Positions 19,079 to 28,111 of a stretch of 64,000 nt of DNA are shown here, piece after piece. A model generated the notes under the pieces. The model was not told the DNA's origin and searched no databases. It saw only the letters and a list, made by a program, of their open reading frames with translations. The position numbers and the translations under genes are program-made. How positions within the stretch are numbered: position 1 is the first letter of the stretch; each line of letters begins with the position of its first letter. This DNA is from Deltaproteobacteria bacterium. Lineage in GTDB: Bacteria; CG2-30-53-67. The DNA is taken from contig JAADIO010000033.1 of the NCBI GenBank assembly GCA_013151235.1, positions 1 to 64,000 on the forward strand. The letters are read 5' to 3'.

Positions 19079-19777
19079 CTATTTCTTTTCCGCCGGTTTT
19101 GTGTAGAGTGTAATAAACCCGGAGAGATGTTTCCGCTCGGTCAGGCGGGCCATCACATCTTCGGCCTCGTCATGACCGACGTAACGGCCGACACGGACAC
19201 GGTACCAGACCCCTTTTCCGGGAATCGTCTTGATCATGGTATAGGCCGGATATCCTTCCTGCTGAAGCTGTTGAGAGAGTTTGTCGGCCGCGTCGGCTCT
19301 TTCAAAGGCTCCGATCTGGATGGTATAGAGGGAAGGGATGGTCTGGATCGGATGGGGTACAGGTACCGGGGCCGCCGTGCCGGGCAACCCGGAGGAGGGC
19401 TCCGCGGTAAGATCATCGAGGGTGTTTTGCAGATTCTCCTCTGCGTCTCCCGTTCCCCCGGTCGGGGTCTCTCCTTGCACCACTGCCGGACTGTTCATCG
19501 TGCCGGAACCGCCCCTTGCCGGAACGGAAGGGAGTACATCCCCGGCCGACATCTTTGTCTCTGAAACAGCGGTTTGGTTTGTCGGCAGAGAGTCCGCCTC
19601 CGTCCAATGCTCCGGCCTGTCCGGTACGGGGAACAGTCTTCCGACCAGGAAACCCGCAGTGAAGATCAAAAGACCGATCACGATTGCCGCAGCGACGATC
19701 CCTTTAAACTCCCGGTTGCCGAGATGCAATTCATAATCTTCACGGATCCGATCTAAATCGATCATCTCTTTCGTCAT
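19079..19777 (-). CDS. SPOR-domain protein (FtsN/DedD-like)
   Basis: Single TM, low-complexity linker, YTIQIGAF...WYRVRVG; follows argS. Confidence 0.9.
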   Translation of the reverse strand: MTKEMIDLDRIREDYELHLGNREFKGIVAAAIVIGLLIFTAGFLVGRLFPVPDRPEHWTEADSLPTNQTAVSETKMSAGDVLPSVPARGGSGTMNSPAVVQGETPTGGTGDAEENLQNTLDDLTAEPSSGLPGTAAPVPVPHPIQTIPSLYTIQIGAFERADAADKLSQQLQQEGYPAYTMIKTIPGKGVWYRVRVGRYVGHDEAEDVMARLTERKHLSGFITLYTKPAEKK

Positions 19778-19791
19778 GGTTGCCTCTGCTT

Positions 19792-21462
19792 TTACATTCT
19801 CTCCGGCGCTGAAACGCCGACCAGATTCAAGGCGTTATGAATTACGGTCCGCACCGCTCCGATCAGACAGAGCCGGGCAAGACTTTTTTCCATGTCCTCG
19901 GAAAGGACCCGGTGTTTGAAATAGTAGGCATGAAGCCGGGTGGCCAGATCCTGCAGGTAGAAGGGGATCCGGTGAGGTTCCATGGTATCGGCGGCCCCTT
20001 CCACCACGTCGGGAAAGGTCCCGAGGAGCTTGATCAGTTCCCGCTCTTCGGGAAGCTCCAGCCGTTCCAGAGGCGCTTTCGCCACCCGATCAAGGGGAAA
20101 CCCCTTTTCTTCCGCCTGGCGGAAGACACTGCAGATCCGGGCATGGGCATACTGTACATAATAGACGGGGTTTTCATTGCTCTCGGTCTTCGCCAGGTCA
20201 AGATCGAAATCGAGATGGGAATCATAACGGCGGAGGAGAAAGAAGTAGCGGGCCACATCCGCACCGACCTCCTCCACCACTTCCGAGAGGGTCACGAACT
20301 CTCCGCTCCGTTTGCCCATCCGGACCGGTTTCCCCTGCCGCAGGAGATTTACCATCTGGATCAACAGGACTTGCAGACTCTTCGCATCGTACCCGAGGGC
20401 CTCGATGGCGCTCTTGATCCGTGCCACATACCCGTGATGATCGGCGCCCCAGATATTGATCAGTCGATCAAAACCGCGCTCCATTTTCTCCCGGTGATAG
20501 GCGATATCCGACGCAAAATAGGTGTGGTCGCCATTCCCCTTGATGAGGACCCGGTCTTTGTCGTCACCCAAGTCGGAAGTCCGAAGCACGCAGGCTCCGT
20601 TCTCTTCATGGAAGAGCAGGTCCTTCGCCTCCAGCACCTCCATGCATTCCCGGACCTTGCCCATCTTGTGGAGGGATCGTTCCGAGAAAAAACGGTCAAA
20701 ACGGACCCCGATCTTCTGCAGATCCTCGTTAATCCCTTCCAGAATCTCTTTCGCAGCAAGATCTGCGAACCGGGGGATGACTTCCTCTTCGGGGAGGGAG
20801 AGATACCGATCCCCCTCGCGCTCACGGATCCCCTTTGCGATTTCAATCACGTACTCACCGGGATAGACGTCTTCTCCGGGAAAGAGAACGGCCGGGTCGA
20901 AGAGACGGCGGTAACGGAGCCAGACGGAACGACCGAGGACCCGCAACTGACGGCCCGCGTCGTTGATGTAGAATTCCCGGGTGACCTTGTATCCTGAGGC
21001 ATCAAGTATCCGGGCAAGGGCATCCCCCACCACCGCCCCCCGCCCATGTCCGATATGGAGCGGACCGGTGGGATTGGCGCTGACGAATTCCAGCAGGACC
21101 AAGGCCCCTTTTCCCCGGTCCGAACGGCCGTACTTCTCCCCCAGTGTCTGAATCTCCCGCAGGGTCCTCAGCCAGTAGTCGTCCTTCAGGAAGAAGTTGA
21201 TGAAGCCCGGACCGGCGATCTCACACCGGTCGATCAGGCCGTTCGACTCGGGGATATGCTCCACCAGGACCGAAGCAATCTTTCGGGGAGATTGCTTGAG
21301 AGGCCCGGCCATAACCATGGCAAGGTTGGTTGCAATATCACCAAAACGGGGGTCTTTGGGCACATCGAGTTGAATGACAGGCAAGTGATCCAATGACAGG
21401 CTTCCGTCCCGACGGGCACTTTCAAGGGTATCCGTAAGAATTTCCGTTAAAGTTGTTTTCAC
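19792..21462 (-). CDS. argS: Arginyl-tRNA synthetase
   Basis: EFVSANPTGPLHIGHGR, WGADHHGY, NPVYYVQYAHARI, ends APERM. Confidence 0.99.
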   Translation of the reverse strand: MKTTLTEILTDTLESARRDGSLSLDHLPVIQLDVPKDPRFGDIATNLAMVMAGPLKQSPRKIASVLVEHIPESNGLIDRCEIAGPGFINFFLKDDYWLRTLREIQTLGEKYGRSDRGKGALVLLEFVSANPTGPLHIGHGRGAVVGDALARILDASGYKVTREFYINDAGRQLRVLGRSVWLRYRRLFDPAVLFPGEDVYPGEYVIEIAKGIREREGDRYLSLPEEEVIPRFADLAAKEILEGINEDLQKIGVRFDRFFSERSLHKMGKVRECMEVLEAKDLLFHEENGACVLRTSDLGDDKDRVLIKGNGDHTYFASDIAYHREKMERGFDRLINIWGADHHGYVARIKSAIEALGYDAKSLQVLLIQMVNLLRQGKPVRMGKRSGEFVTLSEVVEEVGADVARYFFLLRRYDSHLDFDLDLAKTESNENPVYYVQYAHARICSVFRQAEEKGFPLDRVAKAPLERLELPEERELIKLLGTFPDVVEGAADTMEPHRIPFYLQDLATRLHAYYFKHRVLSEDMEKSLARLCLIGAVRTVIHNALNLVGVSAPERM

Positions 21463-21535
21463 GTAAATCGGCTCCGGAATAGATCGACATCCTATTGGAA
21501 AAGTTCAGGTCAACGATCGTTTTTGACCCGGCACT

Positions 21536-21563
21536 ATTATAACAATCCCCCTCTTCCTGTCAA
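21536..21563 (-). promoter_or_regulatory. Consensus sigma70 promoter of the argS operon
   Basis: Minus strand TTGACA-16 nt-TATAAT with TG at the extended -10 position. Confidence 0.8.
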
Positions 21564-21595
21564 ACCCAAAGGGAATCACACGATAGAAGTTCTTT

Positions 21596-22603
21596 TCAGG
21601 AAGATTTTTCTCCCACAAGCAACGTGGAATCGAGGGGCAGGGGCAGGGATCGGAGTCGGACAAATCCCGATTCATCCAGAAGCGCCCTTCCCTCCTGCAG
21701 AGAATAATTTCTCCCGGCCACGGTATTGACCAGCATGTTGAGAGAAAAGAGAGCACCCCAGAGAGGACGGGTCCCGTTCCCGTCGGTAAAGAAATCATTT
21801 ACGAGAAACACCCCGCCGGGCCGAAGCGTTTTCCGGACCTGCCGGAAGATGGAACGGACCTCTTCTTCGGGATAGATGTGCATCACATTGGAGAGAAGTA
21901 CCACATCGAATCGGTTATTGGGAAACGTGATCTTCCGAAAGTCCCCCGGATGCAGGACCACCCGCGCCTCCAGATCTTCCGCTTTCAGATGTCCTTCGAT
22001 GATGGGGATGACGTCATCGATATCGGCCGCTTCGGCCTGCACTTCGGCATAGGACTTCAGGTACTTTCTGAAGTAGGTTCCCGGCCCGCATCCCAAATCG
22101 AGAATCCTTTCGTCCCCCTGCAATGGAAAAAGACGCACCAACTCGTCCGCAACCACGGCGGCATAGCCCTCCATGGCAGCCATGAACTTTTCCGTACGCA
22201 GGTGGAGATCCGCATCGGGGATCTTCTCCTCATAGGAGACCGGTTTCCCCGTCCGGATCGATTCTTCCAGGCGGGACCAGTTCGCCGTCAGATGCTCCAT
22301 GTGGGCGATTGAGGCCGACATGTTCCGCCCCTTCTCCCCGGTCAGGAAGGGGCGCATCCCCGAAGGAATCAGATAAACATTCTCCGTTTTTTCGATTAAT
22401 TCCAGGGCCGTCAGGGAATCAAGCAGACGTTCCAGCGCATCGGGATCAACACCGACCTCATGGGCCAGCGTCGCGGCATCCTTCTCTTTTTTGCCGAGGA
22501 TCTCAAAAAGATTGAAGCGCAGCGCGACAAAGAGCGCCTGCGACTGCCAATAGGCGGAACTGATCTCTTTGATCTTCTGCGCCGAAGAAAAATCATCCAT
22601 CAT
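21596..22603 (-). CDS. SAM-dependent O-methyltransferase (dimerisation/wHTH + class I MTase)
   Basis: AYWQSQAL, ILDLGCGPG, PGDF, LSNVMH, LRPGG. Confidence 0.88.
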   Translation of the reverse strand: MMDDFSSAQKIKEISSAYWQSQALFVALRFNLFEILGKKEKDAATLAHEVGVDPDALERLLDSLTALELIEKTENVYLIPSGMRPFLTGEKGRNMSASIAHMEHLTANWSRLEESIRTGKPVSYEEKIPDADLHLRTEKFMAAMEGYAAVVADELVRLFPLQGDERILDLGCGPGTYFRKYLKSYAEVQAEAADIDDVIPIIEGHLKAEDLEARVVLHPGDFRKITFPNNRFDVVLLSNVMHIYPEEEVRSIFRQVRKTLRPGGVFLVNDFFTDGNGTRPLWGALFSLNMLVNTVAGRNYSLQEGRALLDESGFVRLRSLPLPLDSTLLVGEKSS

Positions 22604-22613
22604 TCATCTCTTC

Positions 22614-23162
22614 TCATTGCAGCAGCACCAGACCGAAGGAATGCTGCGCTTCGTTTTCGTCTTTCAGCGGGGTCACCGCCAGCCCATGCCTCCGAACGGT
22701 GGCATAGACATCGATCCCGCAGGCCTCCATGGATGGGCGGGCTTCTTCCGGACGCCGACAGGGGGCCCGCACATCACAGGAGTCACAAAGACGACAGGGA
22801 CCTGCCCCCATTCCGAAGGCCTTGTAATAACCGGACAGGAAGGCCTCCCGTTCCAGGAAATAGGCCAGATAACGGACCCGGAAACTCCGATCCGCCTGAA
22901 TCAGGAGGGCCGTCTCATATTCCTGCAGGAGGTCGGCCGTTTCTTTCCTGGTGGGTGAATGGGGAGGACAAGTATGGGTACGACCGAAATCTTCACAGCC
23001 ATAGCGGCACTTCCAGACAACCCAGGAGGCCGTTACCACCGATGCGGCCGGGATCAGAATAGCGGCATTGGCGCCGTTTTCCCCCGCCTTTTCGATGAGG
23101 TCGGCCACGGATGCCGGTCTCTTTTCTGAACGGTCCTGCATATCCCCGGCAGGAGATTTCAT
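22614..23162 (-). CDS. DUF2284-family Cys-rich putative metal-binding protein
   Basis: WKCRYGC..CPP, GPCRLCDSC..C, RPSMEACGIDV; start 23162 or 23141. Confidence 0.85.
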   Translation of the reverse strand: MKSPAGDMQDRSEKRPASVADLIEKAGENGANAAILIPAASVVTASWVVWKCRYGCEDFGRTHTCPPHSPTRKETADLLQEYETALLIQADRSFRVRYLAYFLEREAFLSGYYKAFGMGAGPCRLCDSCDVRAPCRRPEEARPSMEACGIDVYATVRRHGLAVTPLKDENEAQHSFGLVLLQ

Positions 23163-23253
23163 GACTGACCTACAGATGAAAAGTTTCAAAATACAATGGC
23201 GGATTTATACCACAGTGAGGGGAAAAGTAACAAGCTGAAAAAAAGCGGTCCGG

Positions 23254-24135
23254 CTATTTACCGATTCGTTTGATGAGATCGTCCACTTCGTTTTCCGTAT
23301 CATCGAGGAGAATGCTCGGCCGTTTTTCCAGATCGAGATCTTTGGCAATCTCTACGATCAGGTCCCGGTCGACCGTTTCTTTCTTGATCAGGAAACCTTC
23401 AAAGAGGGCATTGTCACAGAGCGTATTAATCAGGCGAGGAATCCCCCGGGAATATTCATGAATGGCATGGTAAGCCTCCGGTGTAAAGAGGTCCCGTTCA
23501 CACCCGACAATCTTCAGACGATGTTGTATATAAGCCTCCGTGGCATCGGGATCGAGGGATTTCAGCTTGTACTTGAAGGCCACTCGTTGCTCCAGAGGGG
23601 GATCCAGGGCCAGACAATCATTTAAACCGGGCATGCCGAAGAATACAAAAGAGAGCAGCTTGCCCTGGTTATCCTCGATGTTCAGTAACCCCCGGAACTC
23701 TTCCATTAACTCCCGACTGTTCAGCATCTGGGCCTCATCGATCAATACGACGGGCTTTCGCCCCTCTTCGTGGATCTCCACGAGCCGATGATAGAGTTGT
23801 CCCAGAATCTCGACTTTGCTGTCGGCAATGTTCTGCACACCTAACTGTACCGAGATTTTTTTGAGAAGCCATTCCGCCGTGACGCTTGAATGGATAATAA
23901 TCAACAACGCCGATTCGTAGGTTTCTTCGGAAAGCTCATCCAGCATCCGCCGGGCCAAGGTCGTCTTGCCCGTACCGATGTCCCCGATGAGGACGGCAAG
24001 CCCCTTCATGGAGTCGACGGCATACTCAAGACGAAGCAGGGCTTCGGCATGCTGTTCACTGCCGAAATAGAATCGATTGTCCGGGGAATTGGAAAAGGGT
24101 TGGCTCTGCAAGCCATAAAAAGAAAGGTAACTCAT
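23254..24135 (-). CDS. ExeA/GspA-family AAA+ ATPase
   Basis: YLSFYGL..PFS, GDIGTGKT, VLIDEAQ, GIPRLINTLCDNAL. Confidence 0.93.
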   Translation of the reverse strand: MSYLSFYGLQSQPFSNSPDNRFYFGSEQHAEALLRLEYAVDSMKGLAVLIGDIGTGKTTLARRMLDELSEETYESALLIIIHSSVTAEWLLKKISVQLGVQNIADSKVEILGQLYHRLVEIHEEGRKPVVLIDEAQMLNSRELMEEFRGLLNIEDNQGKLLSFVFFGMPGLNDCLALDPPLEQRVAFKYKLKSLDPDATEAYIQHRLKIVGCERDLFTPEAYHAIHEYSRGIPRLINTLCDNALFEGFLIKKETVDRDLIVEIAKDLDLEKRPSILLDDTENEVDDLIKRIGK

Positions 24136-24171
24136 AGCGGCATTCCGTGGAAATCCTTATTCTTCGGGAAG

Positions 24172-26877
24172 TTAGATGTAAGAAACCTTTTTGTCCTTTG
24201 TGGGCGCCCCCCCCACGGAGGGGACATTCAGGCTTTGGACACCGAGGCCCTTCAGTTTTTGTGCGACATCCCGGTAGCGGGGGTTGACCTCATGAATCCG
24301 GAGGAGTTCCTGCCCGGCCCGCTCAAGGTCACCGTTTAATTCACAGACTTTGGCAATCTCATACCGAACCCCGATATATTCGTCATCGGTTCTTCCCTCA
24401 AGGGCAAGCCCCTTCTCCAGTTCCGTCAACGCTTCGGGGTATTGCCCCTTCTGGATATAACAGAGACCGACCATGGTGATACAATCCATGACGCGCTTGG
24501 GATCTCCGGAAGCAATCACGAATTCTTCCGCCGCCTCATCGATCAATCCCATCTCCAGATAAGCAATTCCAAGGTTATAGTGTGTTTCGTAATCTTCGTC
24601 ACCGAGTTCTTGCTGGACCCCTTCCCGAAACTCATTGAAGACGTTCATGACATCATTTTCACCAAAGAGATGGGCGTCGGAAACGATAGACTGTTCCACT
24701 TCACGGCGGAGTTCGGCCGCAAAGTCATCTTCCCCTGAACTCCCGCTCTCTTGATCCCGCTCCTCCGTGTCAAATTCCCGCCGCAACTCTTCGGCAAAGT
24801 CGACAAAATCCGTTTCCTGAGCCGGGGGAATCTCCGTAATTTCCGGTGCAGCCTTTTCCGTACCCTCCACAACAGGTACTGCTGCGACCTCCCCGCCGGT
24901 AATCGAGGAGAGCTTTTCAGCCACATCGGCACGGGCAGGATGGGAGGCCAGAATGTTTTCATAGACGGATCGGGCTTCCTCCACCATGCCATGCTGATGA
25001 TAGAAATCGGCCTCTTCGATCAGTTCGTCAATGGAATCTTCCGTCACCTCAACGGATCCTGTTTGTGTGCCGCCGACAGGGACGGCGTCTGCTGTTTCTT
25101 CCGTTTCCAGTTCAAAGGTAAGGTCTTCCATCGGCTCCGGCACCTCTTCAGGTACGGAGGAACCGAGTGCCGTTGGACCTTGCTGTAACTTCTGCTGGGC
25201 CTCAGCGTTTTCCGGATCAAGGGTCAGCACTTCGTTCAAGACCTTATCATATTTTTCCAGATCACCGGCCGCTTGATAGAGTCTGGAAAGTGTCAGCAAG
25301 GTGTTGACCTGCTCCGGGATATCTCCCCGTTCCACATAGATCTGGAGCAACCGTTCGCGGGTCTCGATATGATCGGGCGCCTTCTCTATGTTTTTCTGCA
25401 GATGGGTAATCGCCTTTTCGAGATGACCATATTTCAGATAGACATCAGCTTCCGTAAGATTGTCGGCGAGGAAGGTCTTCTGCTCCACTCCGGCCGGGTT
25501 CGGAATGAGGTCCACGACTTCTTCATCGGACCCGGCGTCCGTTGTTTCAATCGATCCCGTCTCCTCCGCATCACAAACAAGAATCGGCCCTGCGTCTTCC
25601 TCCGACACCGGCTCATCCTCACGGCTCAGGTTGACTTCCCCATAATCCATGGGGCCGGGATCGGGCACTTCGCCGCGCAGTTCACGCAGGCGGGTCTGAA
25701 CTTCCATATCTCCCGGCGTCAACTCCAACACCTTTTCCAGGATGTTCTGCGCTTTTTCAACATCACCGGAATCGGCATAGATCCGGCTCATCTCTTTATA
25801 GTGATGCGTAACTTCATGTTTTCGGTCTAGTTTGCTCAGCAGGTCGATAATCTGCTGCCGAACCCGGAGATTATCCGGATCACGGTCCAGTATCGGCAGA
25901 TAGAGGTCGAGCAGTTCATCAAAACGTTTTGAGGCGGCATACGCATCAAAGAGATCGTTCAGAACCTGGATCGCCTGTTCAAGCTCATTTGCATCCAGAA
26001 GAAGGCGGTAGATCTTGATCCGGTCATGTTCCGTCAATGCAGAAGGTTCAATGGAACGAACCTGAGCCATCCCCTCTTCAATCTCGCCCTTGCGGACCAT
26101 GATTTCAGCTTTGAGCAGGGCGGTACGGTGATCTTCCGAGGCATCCGCCTCCAGTCTGCAGCAACATTCGTGGGCCAAGTCAATATTGCCCCGGGCCAGA
26201 TGAATCTCGGCCATGTAACGTGTGATATCCCCCGGAGCAAGGTGGTTTTCTTGTCCTTTATTGCAGAGATCTTCCGCCTCATCAAGCCGGTTCTGATTCA
26301 GGAGGGCATCAACCACTTCCCCGTAGATTCTTCCCCCCTCTTCGATCATATGCTCTTTTAGATAGAGTTCCGCGAGACCGATCTTGATCTTGAGGTTTGC
26401 GGGATCCATATCAACGATGTTCTGATAGGCCTCAAGCGCCAGGTCATGAGAACCGGTCTTGAGATGATACCCGGCAATGGAGAGATAACATTCCTTGGCG
26501 TTGTTGGCCATTCCCCGTTCCCGGTTTAGTTGAGCCATACAGGCCAAGGCATCGAGGTTCTGAGGGTCCAGTTTGAGGATTTTTTTATTGACGGCAATCG
26601 CCTTGAGAGAAAATCCGGTATTGGTGAAGATCTCCGAAGCCCGATGATAAGCATCCACAGCCTCTTCCCGTTTCCGTCCCTTCAGGTAAAGGTCTCCAAT
26701 TGTATTGTAGATCGTCGCATCATCGGCCTTGTTCTTCAACAGGCTCTTCCATTCGGCAATCGCTTTTTCAATCTGCCCCTTCCGTGCGAATTTCTGTGCC
26801 TTTTGAAGTACCTTGTTTTTCTTTTTGTCGTCTTTGTTTGTGTTGTCTTTCGGCTTGGCAAAATCAAAAAATCCCAT
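24172..26877 (-). CDS. Large multi-TPR protein (SgmX-like architecture)
   Basis: N-terminal TPR array, acidic linker with EADVYLKYG/EADFY repeats, C-terminal ETHYNLGIAYLEMGL TPRs, ends KVSYI. Confidence 0.8.
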   Translation of the reverse strand: MGFFDFAKPKDNTNKDDKKKNKVLQKAQKFARKGQIEKAIAEWKSLLKNKADDATIYNTIGDLYLKGRKREEAVDAYHRASEIFTNTGFSLKAIAVNKKILKLDPQNLDALACMAQLNRERGMANNAKECYLSIAGYHLKTGSHDLALEAYQNIVDMDPANLKIKIGLAELYLKEHMIEEGGRIYGEVVDALLNQNRLDEAEDLCNKGQENHLAPGDITRYMAEIHLARGNIDLAHECCCRLEADASEDHRTALLKAEIMVRKGEIEEGMAQVRSIEPSALTEHDRIKIYRLLLDANELEQAIQVLNDLFDAYAASKRFDELLDLYLPILDRDPDNLRVRQQIIDLLSKLDRKHEVTHHYKEMSRIYADSGDVEKAQNILEKVLELTPGDMEVQTRLRELRGEVPDPGPMDYGEVNLSREDEPVSEEDAGPILVCDAEETGSIETTDAGSDEEVVDLIPNPAGVEQKTFLADNLTEADVYLKYGHLEKAITHLQKNIEKAPDHIETRERLLQIYVERGDIPEQVNTLLTLSRLYQAAGDLEKYDKVLNEVLTLDPENAEAQQKLQQGPTALGSSVPEEVPEPMEDLTFELETEETADAVPVGGTQTGSVEVTEDSIDELIEEADFYHQHGMVEEARSVYENILASHPARADVAEKLSSITGGEVAAVPVVEGTEKAAPEITEIPPAQETDFVDFAEELRREFDTEERDQESGSSGEDDFAAELRREVEQSIVSDAHLFGENDVMNVFNEFREGVQQELGDEDYETHYNLGIAYLEMGLIDEAAEEFVIASGDPKRVMDCITMVGLCYIQKGQYPEALTELEKGLALEGRTDDEYIGVRYEIAKVCELNGDLERAGQELLRIHEVNPRYRDVAQKLKGLGVQSLNVPSVGGAPTKDKKVSYI

Positions 26878-27050
26878 GGCAGCCTTCTTCAGGAAATGTA
26901 CCGTTTTTGTTCCCGGAAATCGATCACAAACAGTGCTGATTGACCTCGGTTCTGCTGAATGACGGAAAGATGAAAAACCGTAAAAAAAAACAAATAACGG
27001 TGAAATCTTAGAGACTTACGAATTAAAACGTCATTTTCTTCTACCTTTTA

Positions 27051-27080
27051 AAGATATCACGGTATTCCAAATTCTGTCAA
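27051..27080 (-). promoter_or_regulatory. sigma70 promoter for the TPR-ExeA operon
   Basis: Minus strand TTGACA-18 nt-TATCTT with TGn extension. Confidence 0.55.
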
Positions 27081-27113
27081 GAATGATTGTTCGACAAAAA
27101 GTTCTCCAAAAAA

Positions 27114-27956
27114 TCAGGATTTCCCGTACCAGTTCCACTCCTGGGAACGGTAGCGTTCCCGGCCGAGCCGGCCGGTCTCTTTCCATTCCTTCCGGGTCAA
27201 TTTCGTCTGCAGAAACTCGACTCCCAAGGCCTTCCGAAAACCCCGGATCAGCGATTCTTTCAGCAGATCAGTCTCATGGAACCCCTTTAAAATGTCCGTG
27301 ATGGAGGTCATTCCCTCTCCGGTCTTCTTACGTTTCTTATCGGTCGATCTCTGCAAAACTTCATTAAATTCTCTTTGCCCCGCCATAGAGATCAGAATGG
27401 ACCCCTGCTGCAGGATACCGTAGGACATGCGCCGTTGGGCGCTTCCGACCAGTTTTTTCCCTCCCACGGTAATCTCATACCAGGAAGGGGAATCGAAACA
27501 GTTCGGAGAACGCCCCCCGGCCCGCTGCCGACGTTGTCTCTTTTTGTGAAAAGAAACCAGTTCGACATCGAGTCCTAAAAGTCGAAGACCGTTCAGAAGT
27601 CCGTTGCTGAGCATGCGATAACTCTCAAGGACGCTTCCCCCCGCTCCCGGGGCGGAACGGGGCAGCAGGATACTGTAGGTCAGCTCCTGATGATGGAAAA
27701 CGGCCCGGCCGCCCGTCAGGCGCCGGACAACATTCCAGCCGCGGGACTCGCAGTCCCGGAGATTAAATTCGTCAACCACCTTCTGGAAATAACCGATGGT
27801 AATGGAGGGTCTGGACCATGTATAGAAACGGAGAACCGGACGGGCATCCTGTTCCTTCATCCGGGAAAGGAGGACCTCATCGACGGCCATATTGAAAAAG
27901 GCGTCATGGGAACCTGTATCAAGGAAGGACCAAGTATTCGTTGTGCTGCTATCCAT
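27114..27956 (-). CDS. Lipoate-protein ligase/octanoyltransferase (LipM-like)
   Basis: NMAVDE, LRFYTW, RRLTGGRAVFH, KLVGSAQRR. Confidence 0.9.
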   Translation of the reverse strand: MDSSTTNTWSFLDTGSHDAFFNMAVDEVLLSRMKEQDARPVLRFYTWSRPSITIGYFQKVVDEFNLRDCESRGWNVVRRLTGGRAVFHHQELTYSILLPRSAPGAGGSVLESYRMLSNGLLNGLRLLGLDVELVSFHKKRQRRQRAGGRSPNCFDSPSWYEITVGGKKLVGSAQRRMSYGILQQGSILISMAGQREFNEVLQRSTDKKRKKTGEGMTSITDILKGFHETDLLKESLIRGFRKALGVEFLQTKLTRKEWKETGRLGRERYRSQEWNWYGKS

Positions 27957-27984
27957 GGGGAATGAGGATCACAATCTGCCGTGT

Positions 27985-28111
27985 AACGGCACAGTAAAAA
28001 GCTCCGGATGCAAGGCGCGAAGGTTTTGAGGAGTGAGGCGTACTTTTTTGTACGTCGAAATGAGCTCAAAACCTGATAAACGAAGTAGACGGAGCTTTTT
28101 TATGTGCCGTT
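27985..28111. repeat. Palindromic MITE/REP-like element with terminal inverted repeats
   Basis: AACGGCACAGTAAAAAGCTCC ... GGAGCTTTTTTATGTGCCGTT ends; internal TGAGGCGTAC-ttttt-GTACG hairpin. Confidence 0.8.
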
